64,000 bases of DNA from Azolla caroliniana (lineage: Eukaryota; Plantae; Polypodiophyta). The notes beneath the pieces are model-generated. The model did no database searches, was not told where the DNA came from, and was given only the letters and a program-made list of their open reading frames with translations. This document shows positions 1-10,469 of this stretch, in pieces. Numbering within the stretch: position 1 is the first letter of the stretch; every line of letters begins with the position of its first letter. The translations under genes were made by a program, and so were the position numbers. The stretch lies in contig JBHGNT010000007.1 in NCBI GenBank assembly GCA_043228905.1, positions 6,820,001-6,884,000 on the forward strand. Reading direction: 5' to 3'.

Positions 1-41
1 CATTCCCTTCCTTAATAGTCTATTAATCACTCGCACTCATA

Positions 42-353
42 TCATTCACTCTCATTCTCGATCGTTAATCTACTACATTCATGTGAATTATTTGAATTCA
101 TTCACTTGAATTCATTTGATTTCATTCACTTGAATTCATTTGATTTCATTCACTTCATTCACCTCAATCATTGGCATTCTTGATCATATTGTATTTGATT
201 TCATTTGATCATATTGTAGGCCATTTGATTTCATTCACTCTCATTCTCGATCATTAATCTACTCCATTCATGTGAATTATTTGAATTCATTCACTTGAAT
301 TCATTTGATTTCATTCACCTCAATCATTGGCATTCTTGATCATATTGTATTTG
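42..353. repeat. Imperfect ~190-bp tandem duplication built from TTCATTCAC/TTGAATTCATT units upstream of the transposase
   Basis: The block tcattcactctcattctcgatc..aatctact..attcatgtgaattatttgaattcattcacttgaattcatttgatttcattcac starts at ~42 and again at ~231. Confidence 0.8.
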
Positions 354-355
354 CT

Positions 356-3265
356 ATGGAGAGCACAATGCATCATGGTGTCTTCGCCATGTCAGAAGAT
401 GAATTGGAGGATACGTCATGGTCATCCAATGCATCCGAGGACGAATTGGAGGATCCTTTTGAGTCATCAGATTCCAATCGTGAGGATGAGGTGGTCGATC
501 CCTTCATGTATTGTTCCCCCAGGTATTTTGCATTTTCAAGAGGTACGTATAATTTGATGATTAAAGATTTATTGGGACAAGTTAAGGTAACATTGGAAGC
601 ATTACGTGATGTCACGAGGGGAGCACCTCTTTCACTTCATGCATGGAGGCGCATGAAGAGTCGTCTCATTCTCAGGTTTGAGAGTGCAATTTACCTTAAA
701 GCATCACCTAATCTTCAAGTCTTATACGTCGAGAAATGGAGGGAAGTAGTATTAGCGTCACATGGTGACACATCCCATCACACGTTTTCAAAGACTCTTA
801 AAGAGTTAAAGCTAGTTTATGCGACTGATGTACGTGATTATGGCATCCCACCGGAGTATGTGAAAGCACTCATTACAAGTTGTGGTTGCCAAACGGTATT
901 GAAGGTCGACTCGATAGAAGGTTTGGGATCAAGCATGGCCAAATATAACAAGACCCTACCCATAGAAGTGATCAAGGTAGAAACCCACCAATTAGATGAT
1001 GCGCTCACGTATTTGCAAACCAAGTACCACACACGTTTAAGGAAAGGAGTCAAGAAGGGTATGCGTGTGACTAGGTATAGTTGCCATCGTGCTGGGACAT
1101 CTCGACTTGCGTCTAATTCCACTCGACGACGCAGGTGCACACCCCGATGTGGGTGCACATTCCATGTGGATGTTAGAATCAATAATGATGTTGACATTGA
1201 GACACTTACCATTTCAATATATGGACCTCATAGTGGTCATGTACCATGTAGTAGGTCAGATGTGTACCATTTGTCAGTACACCCCAATGTCATAAGTTGT
1301 TGCAAAGATGATCTATTTGATGTTGGGTGTGCAAGGCATGTGGCACGAATGAGCATGCGTAAGGAAGCATATCATAAGTCCAAGGCTAGTCCATTAGAGC
1401 TTGTTACCTATCGGTTCTTTATGATACCAAAGGAGGTCCATAACATGGCAAATAGGTTAAAAATCGGGAGTGTCATGACTAAGGTTGATTGGGCTTTGAT
1501 GATGCAAGATGCCTATGCACTCCGAGATCTTGGGAAAGTGGCTCATGTTCAACCCTACTTGACTGGTGAACCAGGATCTCCCCCCATACAACCATTTGTC
1601 TTGATACTTCAAGATCAATGGATGTTGGAAATGTGTGAGCGGTTGACCCTAAATAACTCTTGGGCAATCGACTCGACATTTAAAACAAACCAATTCGGGC
1701 TACCATTATATGCAGCAGTTGCCCCCAACGCCATGGGAATTGGGATCCCATTATGGTACATGCTTTGTAGTTCTGATAAGGGGTCAAACCATGAGCAAGT
1801 GGCATTAGAAACTTGTTTGAGAGTCATATTCGCAAGGATGCCCATGGTGAGGCCAAATGCGATAGTGATCGATAAATGTTGGACATCATATAATGCCATA
1901 ACTAATGTGGTTGCAACAGACCGTCAATCTTGGATTGTTGTAAATGGGCAACGGTCCCAAACACATTGTCGACTTTTGTTGTGTCAGTTTCACGCCAAAA
2001 AGTCATGGGTGGACAACTTGTTGCCAAAAGTAAGTGCAAATGAGAGAATCCATCTTTATCAACGAATGTGCCAACTGATGCAATGCATTACTGAATCATC
2101 ATTCAATGCAATGTGTGAGGAGTTAAAGTTAGAATATGTGGACAAGCCCGGTGTTTGGCAATATATAGAAGGAGGATGGTGTGGCTTGACATGTGTGTGG
2201 AGGAAACTCTGGCCCAAGTTTGGTAGAATGTTCAACTATGGACATGTTGACACTACCAATATTGTGGAAAGACATTGGCAGTTTATCAAGTATACTGCCT
2301 TGAGGGGAAGAATAAACCGATCAATTACCGACCTTCTGCATGTCTTAATCGGGGATAGTGAAACTGGCACTTGCATAGGAGGAACGGTAATAGAGTGGTA
2401 CAAGCAACGACAAGAAATATGTGAGAGTGGTCGGTTTGCACCCCGTGCGAATTGTAGGGATCAAAGGTCCCGACTTAAAGAAGCGGAGAGAATATTGGAA
2501 AGGTATGTCAACAATACTTCCACAATTGAAATTGTCGACGAGGCCCGATATTGGTTTAGAATCTTGAGCATGACGACTCCCACTCTATGGTATAATGTCT
2601 CACTCCAATGCTCATATTGTGATTGCCAAGACATTGTGAGTAAATGTAAGCATTTACTAGGTATCCGAATGATTATTGAGAGGCATATGCCACATTTATG
2701 TGGCTCATTGCCTTTTATAGATCACGCGACCCAAATGAGAATGGACCATAATACAGAAATAGAAGTGGAGGCAGAGGTAGAGCAAGTAGAGGAGACAAAC
2801 CCCACAATATCCGAGATTGAATCATTCAAGTCCAAAATACAAACGGTCATGAAAGCACTTCAATGTCTCGAGCAAGGGTTAGGAACCTTCGACCGTGCAA
2901 CTATTGTCGAAGGTATACAAACATTGGAAGATGTGGCTGAGAAGGTGTATCACGTTGGTGCACCAAAATCAACCAATAAAGAAGATGGTAGATCAATAAG
3001 TCGCAACCAACAAATCGGTGCCAAAAGAAGTGCAACAATAGACATCTCGCAAGAACTTATTAGCAGCTCCCCAAACACTTCCAAATCCCACTCCGGAAAA
3101 CTACAAAGAGGTGCTAGTCGGGCTAGGAGGAGATTGCCATTGGTTGACCATGAGAAGGTTCGGTGTTTGCGTTGTGATGGCTTGACCTTGACTTCAAGGG
3201 ACTCAAATGTTACATGCTGTAAAAATTGTGGTTGCATCTTGCAATCATCCCGACATGAGCCATAA
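356..3265 (+). CDS. Mutator-like (MULE) DDE transposase with WRKY/FAR1-like DNA-binding domain, SWIM zinc finger and C-terminal Cys4 zinc ribbon; uninterrupted ORF
   Basis: Motifs: YSCHRAG..RCGCTF..HSGH (FAR1/WRKY-GCM1-like); AIDSTFKTNQFGLPLY (D1); IVIDK (D2); LLCQFH (CxxH); TTNIVER (E); YCDCQDIVSKCKH (SWIM); CLRC..CKNC. The first in-frame ATG is at 356; the ORF track starts at TTG 305 inside a repeat. Confidence 0.88.
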   Translation: MESTMHHGVFAMSEDELEDTSWSSNASEDELEDPFESSDSNREDEVVDPFMYCSPRYFAFSRGTYNLMIKDLLGQVKVTLEALRDVTRGAPLSLHAWRRMKSRLILRFESAIYLKASPNLQVLYVEKWREVVLASHGDTSHHTFSKTLKELKLVYATDVRDYGIPPEYVKALITSCGCQTVLKVDSIEGLGSSMAKYNKTLPIEVIKVETHQLDDALTYLQTKYHTRLRKGVKKGMRVTRYSCHRAGTSRLASNSTRRRRCTPRCGCTFHVDVRINNDVDIETLTISIYGPHSGHVPCSRSDVYHLSVHPNVISCCKDDLFDVGCARHVARMSMRKEAYHKSKASPLELVTYRFFMIPKEVHNMANRLKIGSVMTKVDWALMMQDAYALRDLGKVAHVQPYLTGEPGSPPIQPFVLILQDQWMLEMCERLTLNNSWAIDSTFKTNQFGLPLYAAVAPNAMGIGIPLWYMLCSSDKGSNHEQVALETCLRVIFARMPMVRPNAIVIDKCWTSYNAITNVVATDRQSWIVVNGQRSQTHCRLLLCQFHAKKSWVDNLLPKVSANERIHLYQRMCQLMQCITESSFNAMCEELKLEYVDKPGVWQYIEGGWCGLTCVWRKLWPKFGRMFNYGHVDTTNIVERHWQFIKYTALRGRINRSITDLLHVLIGDSETGTCIGGTVIEWYKQRQEICESGRFAPRANCRDQRSRLKEAERILERYVNNTSTIEIVDEARYWFRILSMTTPTLWYNVSLQCSYCDCQDIVSKCKHLLGIRMIIERHMPHLCGSLPFIDHATQMRMDHNTEIEVEAEVEQVEETNPTISEIESFKSKIQTVMKALQCLEQGLGTFDRATIVEGIQTLEDVAEKVYHVGAPKSTNKEDGRSISRNQQIGAKRSATIDISQELISSSPNTSKSHSGKLQRGASRARRRLPLVDHEKVRCLRCDGLTLTSRDSNVTCCKNCGCILQSSRHEP

Positions 3266-3448
3266 TCTTAATATGTAACGTGTATATTCATATTTCATTT
3301 TAGGGTTGTCAACATTTGACATTTTAATATTTTATGTAAGACTTGTTATTTGAATCTTTAGGTTTTGTTGAGAAATTTTATGATCAGTTTCATGGCAAAT
3401 ATTTGTTGTACACTTACAATTTTGTGGCGTTTTTGATGTTTGTTGCTA

Positions 3449-3616
3449 CAGAGTCGGGCTCCTTTTGTCAGAGTCGGGCTCCTTCTTACTGATGTGGTCT
3501 GACAGCGGGGCTCCTTCTGACAGAGTCGGGCTCCCTCTTGTAGAGGCTGTTTGACAGCGGGGCTCCTTTTGACAGAGTCGGGCTCCCTTTCACAGAGTCG
3601 GGCTCCTTGTGACAGA
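3449..3616 (+). repeat. Subterminal repeat array, about 7 copies of CAGAGTCGGGCTCC or CAGCGGGGCTCC
   Basis: Direct reading of 3449-3616. Confidence 0.85.
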
Positions 3617-3844
3617 CGTTGTCAGCTTTTTATCCATCTTGGACGGTGGAGATCGAATGCGCCAACAACGGTGCGACCTGCACCGTCCCTCTCCGCGATT
3701 CCCTCACTTGCCCTCTTTAATATTTGGTAGCAGTTAGTCACGAGCGTATGTGTCACATGTGTGTATGTATGTATGTATATGTATATGGTATGTGTATCTT
3801 ATGATTGGGAAGTTTTGAGAGAAAGTTTTCCCCTGCCCCTTGCA

Positions 3845-3868
3845 AAACCCTAAACCCTAAACCCTAAA
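3845..3868 (+). promoter_or_regulatory. Telo-box cluster (AAACCCT)x3 at the probable promoter or 5' UTR of the RING gene
   Basis: aaaccctaaaccctaaaccctaaa; interstitial plant telomere motifs are typical of plant proximal promoters and 5' UTRs. Confidence 0.65.
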
Positions 3869-4404
3869 ATCTCAGCACTGTTTTTCACTGTGTGTATAGT
3901 TTCTTTCGCGAGGATCAGCGAAGCGGCTGCACAGAAGGAAGGCGCCTTCCCCTGTCTTCGCTGTTGTTGTTTTTTTTTCCATCTATATATTTTATGCCGG
4001 AGGCCTCTTAAAATCGCACCTGTAGATATTGTCCTTTATTGTGCAGGTTCCTCTATCAATTTTACTTTACTTTATTGCATGGTAAATTTTAATAGTTCCC
4101 ATGGAAGCTGCATATTGATTCCATTTCTCAGAGAAGATAACCTATCATGCTCTTCTACGTTTTTCATCCATCGATTTTTTGTTTCTTGAAGAAGACCAGC
4201 AACAACCTGCAGATTGAATCCATCTGGGAAATCAGAGGCGTACAAAGGTCTCATTTCATCGAATGGTCTCTAGCATTAGAACGAGAAAGAGAAGAAGAAC
4301 AAGAAGAAGAGAAAGGACTGTTTTGTCTCTTTTCAGTGTTTCTTGACAAGGAAGGAGGTTGAACACATTATTTTTGGAAGGCCTATTTATGGATTATTGG
4401 CTAT

Positions 4405-4692
4405 TGTGAATTTACAAGGTATTTATTGATAAGGGAGGAGGTTAAAATTTTACATTGTTTGAAGACCAATACGTAGATTTTTGGCCATTGTGGAATTTTG
4501 AAATGCATTGAATGGAAAGCTTCAAAATATGGAAAATATTGAATCTTTGTGAATTTACGAGGTATTTATTGAGAAGGGAGGAGGTTAGAAATTTGCATTG
4601 TTTGAAGGCCAATACGTAGATTTTTGGCAAATTGTGGAATTTTGAAATGCATTGAATGGAAAGGCTTCAAGATATGGAAAATATTGAATCTT
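4405..4692 (+). repeat. Tandem duplication of ~143-145 bp that spans the RING gene start codon
   Basis: tgtgaatttac..aagggaggaggtta..ccaatacgtagattt..gcattgaatggaaag..atggaaaatattgaatctt at 4405-4547 and at 4548-4692. Confidence 0.9.
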
Positions 4693-6068
4693 CAGACATC
4701 ATAGAGAGAACGCCGAACATAAAGTATTTAGGTAATATCATTGCTAAAACGGATCAAAGAGAAACAATTCAAGGCATGGAAAATACTGTAATCCCCGTGG
4801 TTTTCGACACCACAGAGAGCTCATCAAAGATTGGTAAATATTTGTCAGCCGCTGAGTGCAATGATATAACCATTAGTGGACTTGAGCATCTGTCTATCAA
4901 TGATGTGGCAAATTCCATAGACGAGAATACTTATTCTCTATGGAAAGGAGGGGGAAATGATTTGAAGACTAAAGACATGCTCCTTCTGTCTATCGATGAA
5001 GCATCCCCTGCTATGAGTCAGGGCATGGAGGCATACAGTGACATAACTGAATATCTGGTATGCTCACTAGAGATTTAATTACTGCTATGCCAAATTTGGA
5101 TTCTGTTTTTTAAAGCATGAAAGACCTAAATTAAGGATTATTATTAAGCATTTTTAATCAAGTTTAGAACGGTTTATAAATGTTTTTTTATGTATGTGAA
5201 TGCTATTGATCTTATCATTGAATAATTAAAAAAATTTACCTCGGAAACCCAGCAGAATGAAAGAGAAGTTGTGTGCAAGACCCCATTTTTCAACAGCATG
5301 GAAGTGTGTGCAATATGCCATAGTAAGATCAAACTTGAAGAGACTGCACAGATAAAGGGCTGTGAGCATTCATACTGGTAATTACCTCTTTTTGTGATTA
5401 AAGCATTACTGAAAATAAATAAATATGTCCTGATAAAATATGCATGTATTTTTGTAGTGTGATTTGCATCCTGCGATGGGCCTCCTGTAAGGTAGAGCCA
5501 TGGTGCCCTCAATGCCGATGCCCATTTTCTTTTCTCTATGTATACCGAGCATTGGATGGAACGTGAGTCATATTAATTGCAACTATAAGATTTTCCATTT
5601 TCATTACATGCATGCCAATGTTTTATCACTTATCATATATAGCATTTCAAAACACAGTTGCTTATTTTGTAAATGTAAATAGGTCTACTCTTAACGTTAT
5701 ATCCCTCACTTTCTAGCCTTTCAGATTACATGTTTGAGGAGAGCGTATGCCTTCTTCTAAGAGCATCTTGGTTCAAACCATTGATCCTTCAAGCTCCCGA
5801 AGAGCAAGATGATTATGGAGATGATGATGATATGTACGAAGAGCCATACCACAATCCTAGTATACGTTTAGGGAATAGAAGGTGGGGAGACTCAGGCTAT
5901 GTTCGTGCAGGTCGTCGCGAAGCAAAACCAGTTACTGCCAAAAAAGTTATAGAACCAGGTTGTAGTGCAAGCTCATCAAGAGAATCAAAAGGTAAAGAAA
6001 AAGCTAAAGAAGCATTGGGTCGGCGAGCTCGTCGGGCTCAAAAGCGTGAACAACTTGAGGAAAAGTGA
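4656..6068 (+). CDS. C3HC4 RING-finger protein (putative E3 ligase); exons 4656-5057, 5253(or 5256)-5377, 5458-5562, 5717-6068
   Basis: Splicing at GT-AG sites gives CAICHSKIKLEETAQIKGCEHSYCVICILRWASCKVEPWCPQC, then DYMFEESVCLLLRASWF and GNRRWGDSGYVRAGR, which I recognise as motifs of a conserved plant RING family. Intron phases are consistent. Confidence 0.88.
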
Positions 6069-7092
6069 CAAAGGGAGCAAATTGATCATTAGTTAAATTT
6101 GATTTACAGCTGACCAAGAGAATCAAGAGGTAAAGGACAATTACAATAAGCCTTGGGTTGGGAATTCATCAGCCTCAAAAACATGAACTTGAGAAAGGTA
6201 AGAAATTGATGATTTCTTTAACTTGAGTTAAGCTCAAAAAACTACTGGGTCATCTCAAAAGTGCGTTAACAGTTTGATTTTCATTAAGTAGAAAATACTT
6301 GGGGTTGTCGAAATCGTATGATGTATAACTGTGAACAACTTCCATATATAATTGACTTCAAAAAATGGGAAATTTGACTAGTTCAAATGAAAACTACTAC
6401 AGTTTTGAAGAAAATATTTGCGATTTAGGAATTGCAAACATACTTTCCTGTGTTGCTGGAGTTATTCAGCATCCATGTCAAGTTTGATAAGTTTTTGCAC
6501 AGTATAACCGTTTGACTACTTTTTGAAAATCGATAGTGAAAAGATTGTTATGGTCTACCATAAAACAAATCTCAGCTGCATTAATTGGTGTGATAATTCT
6601 AAGCCTAGTATGATGATTTTCATACAAGGAAAAACTAGATTTTGCATAGAAATGCATTTGTATTTGATCATGGAAAGTTTCAATTCCTTATTTTTTTTCA
6701 TTTATCTATATGGAATTGTTGTAATTTAGAGGTGGTCACATGTTTACATGAATGATAGTTCATGTATAATGTATTGTGTAAAAACATGATTGTGATTGTT
6801 CTCAATGGCATGTTTACCCTCCATTTATCCATTTTCTTTTCTAATCAATTAACTAGAAGTAAAGCACATAGGGATGAATTCTACAGTTCAAATGCAGTGG
6901 GATTGGAATGTGAAGGTTGGAAGCTTCATTTCCCTTGTCTATAGCAATGTTTTTTCTAGAAATGCCAAAACTAAATGTTTAGCTACAAGATGTACTAGTA
7001 CAGGTACCACTATGTATATATACTTAAATTTATAATTTAAATTTGTAAATCTATAAACAGAAAACATGACTACATCTAAAACATTGAGTTGT

Positions 7093-7310
7093 ACGCTAAA
7101 TAGCCAATATGATGGCATCATGGGTGGATTTGATGGACATGAAAGACGATGATTAGCCTTCATCAAACAATGGTTGTCCTCTATCTTTCTTGAGTTAATG
7201 GGCCTCCACATAAGATGGAACTATTGAGTCCCTTCTGGGATTTGTATATAACCTTCTCAGCTGTCAAATTTTATAACTAATGGAAACAGTTTTGTTTTTT
7301 GGCAAAAAAA
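7093..7310 (+). mobile_element. 5'-truncated LINE 3' end with poly(A) tail and 15-bp TSD
   Basis: Clearly similar to ~57335-57550; TSD aaaacattgagttgt at 7078-7092 and 7311-7325. Confidence 0.88.
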
Positions 7311-7895
7311 AAAACATTGAGTTGTCTTAAGTCTTTATATATATATATATATATATACTATGCTTTGACATGATGGTTTAGGTATTTTTGTTTTACTCTA
7401 GTTTCTTTTAATCCAATCCTTATCTTGGCAATCAGAAAGGTTGAAATTAGCTTCTAGCTTGATTGTCATACTAAAGAAAAGGTTTGAAACATATCTAACA
7501 TTTTATAAGGAAATAAAATTAACTAAAGAATGGCAACCATTATGAGAGTTGTTGTATCAATTTTTTAATTCATTGAATGATGCTAAGGTTCAATGTGTGT
7601 GTGTGTGTGTTGTGTGTGTATAATGAAGGAAAATAAGCCAATACATGCAGTCAATAAAAGAGGCATCCAAAATATTGTGTTTGAATAGTAAACGCAAGGA
7701 AATAGTGACAAAACCAAATTTCTTTAATTTTGTTGTAGTGAGTACATTTAATTTCAAAAATCAACCAATATTACTCATTGAGATGTTTTTTGGACACGTA
7801 ACAAATGATAACCTTCATGTAAGAGATCAAAGCATTGCCAAATAAAAACTACCACTAACCCAATGACCATTTTTTTTTCACCTTTATGACCGTCC

Positions 7896-7897
<2 letters not shown>

Positions 7898-7931
<34 letters not shown>
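7898..7931. repeat. (AG)n microsatellite
   Basis: Direct reading. Confidence 0.95.
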
Positions 7932-7933
<2 letters not shown>

Positions 7934-9843
7934 TCGGCCCTAGAGAAAATCAACACAATATATATTTGGCTATTTTTATAAGCTTTTTAATACCTTCATT
8001 GATGTTCCTATATATCACGAAGCACCATGCTCATAGTTTCAAACTTTCATGTGACTAGGGCCTTTAGTCTTGTGCCTCAATTCAAGAACAAGAATTTAGA
8101 GTGAGTTTTGGTACAATTCAAATGTGCGTGACAATGTGGATCTAAGGTGTGTACCTCTATCTTGTGTATTTTGGTAGTGACAGTGTATTATGTAGATAGA
8201 GCGACACACTTCTCTTCATTCATATCACATACATACACTCTATATGCAAACGTTGGTGTATATTATTGTCCATTGTCTTATGTTAGGTTTGGTCGTGATT
8301 GCATACCATTTTAAGAATAGAGCATGAATGGTATTTAATGTCTAAGACAACACACATAATTCAAGAGAATTTTTAGTTACTTAAATTTCACAGTGATGTA
8401 CACATTGTATGCATTATGTGCATCTACATAAACAATGTACCATATTTTCATGCTCATAACTCTCATTTGATAAGCAATGGCTTGAGTGTACCATAAACAG
8501 TGGTTCAAACTTATCTATTATTGAACATTTGTATTTTGGTCTTTTATGTACTTTGTGTGTACATACATATGTGTAATGACCACTAAAGTTAAAATGTACA
8601 TGGAAGAAGTTAATTTCTACATGCATGTATATAACCAGATGTATGTAGTGTTAAATCTTGATGGTTTTCTTTAGTGTCCCCTATTAAGTTTTGAAATATA
8701 ATTGAACATGACTTAGAACACCTCTCCAATGTATGGAGTAGTTGGGGGATTATGCCACATGTGGTAGAAATGTCTAGAGTAGTTTTCAAGTATGCAATGA
8801 GCCACAAAATGTCTAGATGTTGATGTCAATTAATTGATCTCAAGTTGTTATATGTGACATAAACTAGCTAGTTTGAACAACACAACAATATTATACCTTG
8901 AAAGAAATGACAAATGTTATACACTTCTATAGCAAAACTCAAAAGGAATCATCTCATGTCTATGTATTGTGAAGTGTTCATCGTAAATAAACATTGATTT
9001 CCCATCTACAATGTACCTTTTTTATGGTCAAAATTAGTACCCAAATTGCTTCACCAGCAATCAAGATGTGCATGAAAAACTATCAAGAAACATCAAAGAT
9101 GGTCGGCTTATGGTCTATATGGAAGAATCTTCATCAAGATTGACTCCAATCTTAGTGGTTTTGCATGTTGTTCCCTACTTATGCTAATACTTTATTGATA
9201 GACATCTCAATTAAGGTCTAATATTCATGGTCATCATAAACTTGGATTTGTGAATGCATTATTGAGAAGTCATTCTCCCTAATGGCAATGGTGCAAATAC
9301 GATTGTGAGCCATTTGCTGATACTTTTAATAGATGTAAATAAATAAATGTGTTCATGAGAGACAGGGACAAAAAAACACAAATGTTGAGTGACAATGTTT
9401 GAAGAAAACTCAAGATAAGTGTGAATTTGCACCAAATGTGTTACTCATGAATCACTTTGCAAGGTTTGAAATCAAAGCTAGTACAACATGACGCCTACGC
9501 TTTCTAAGGGAGATGTGATATACAATAGACCTACACCCTCCCCCGACAAAAGGAAAAAGACCTTGAAAATCTTTGAGGTATCTACCTCGTAGGATGATAA
9601 CAAATAATGCCATGAAGACACATACATAGAGTTGTGCTCGAGATATATGGTAATAATATTACCAACACAACCTTTGAAAGTAAGAAGTTAGTATAAATTA
9701 TCTATTACTAGTCTCCCTAATATCTAATAATAAGTTATATACAAGGTTGGGGGTATACTCAATATACCCGGTTATAAAGGTGACACACATATATACAATT
9801 TACACACATATATACAATTTACACACATACATACATAGAGCAT

Positions 9844-9847
<4 letters not shown>

Positions 9848-9896
<49 letters not shown>
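9848..9896. repeat. (TG)n microsatellite just upstream of the CLE gene
   Basis: Direct reading. Confidence 0.95.
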
Positions 9897-9898
<2 letters not shown>

Positions 9899-9980
9899 AT
9901 CATCACATTTTTTCAACAATATATACATCCCCCTTTCCCCCACTACCCACCCCCCAATTGCCATTCCACAAGACTTTTAA

Positions 9981-10177
9981 ATGAGTTCAAGGAAATTAAG
10001 TTCATTATGTGCAAATTATATATCTCATCTATTATTACTCCTTATACTTCATTACCTCTTGCTCATTAACCTTATCAATCTAGCTCATTCACGAGTCTTA
10101 ATGTTAACTAGTACTTTAAACAATGAGGCACCCCTAGGTGTCAGAAGTCTAGCTCATCATAACCCTCATCATCGTCG

Positions 10178-10215
<38 letters not shown>

Positions 10216-10469
10216 TTATTATCGACATGTCTTCTATATCATCCAATTCAATATCATCACTAAATATTAAGTCTCCTATGCAATTGCAACCGAAATCTCC
10301 AATCAATGGCTTGCCTTCACAATGGAGTTCATCAAGTAATTCATTATCAATTAATGGGAACATTTTGTGGAGAAGGAATGGATCAAAGAAGAACTATAAT
10401 AGAAATCCTCAATACCAACGGGCCAACAAAAGGTTTGTCCCAACAGGACCCAACCCTCTTCACAATTGA
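9981..10469 (+). CDS. CLE: CLE (CLAVATA3/ESR-related) peptide precursor, R-type, single exon
   Basis: N-terminal hydrophobic signal segment (HLLLLLILHYLLLINLINLAHS), a variable middle with a poly-His run, and the C-terminal motif K-RFVPTGPNPLHN followed immediately by a stop, matching the 12-aa CLE consensus RxVPxGPNPLHN. Confidence 0.93.

Larger units (their letters stand above)
1..3715 (+). mobile_element. Mutator-like DNA transposon, right part; the left end is probably outside the window
   Basis: The transposase ORF is followed by subterminal repeats and a GC-rich terminus ending ...CCCTCACTTGCCCTC (G-rich start on the minus strand), then an abrupt switch to AT-rich sequence (tttaatatt). 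Confidence 0.65.

Noticed and set aside
305-355. TTG-initiated extension of the transposase ORF
   Set aside because: It lies in the upstream tandem repeat; a eukaryotic ATG start at 356 or later is more plausible.
3449-3616. CRISPR-like repeat-spacer appearance, also considered for 13921-14077
   Set aside because: Repeats are too short or head-to-tail with no unique spacers, there are no cas genes, and the context is eukaryotic.
9747-10069. ORFs with VC/CV runs
   Set aside because: Artefacts of the (TG)n microsatellite.
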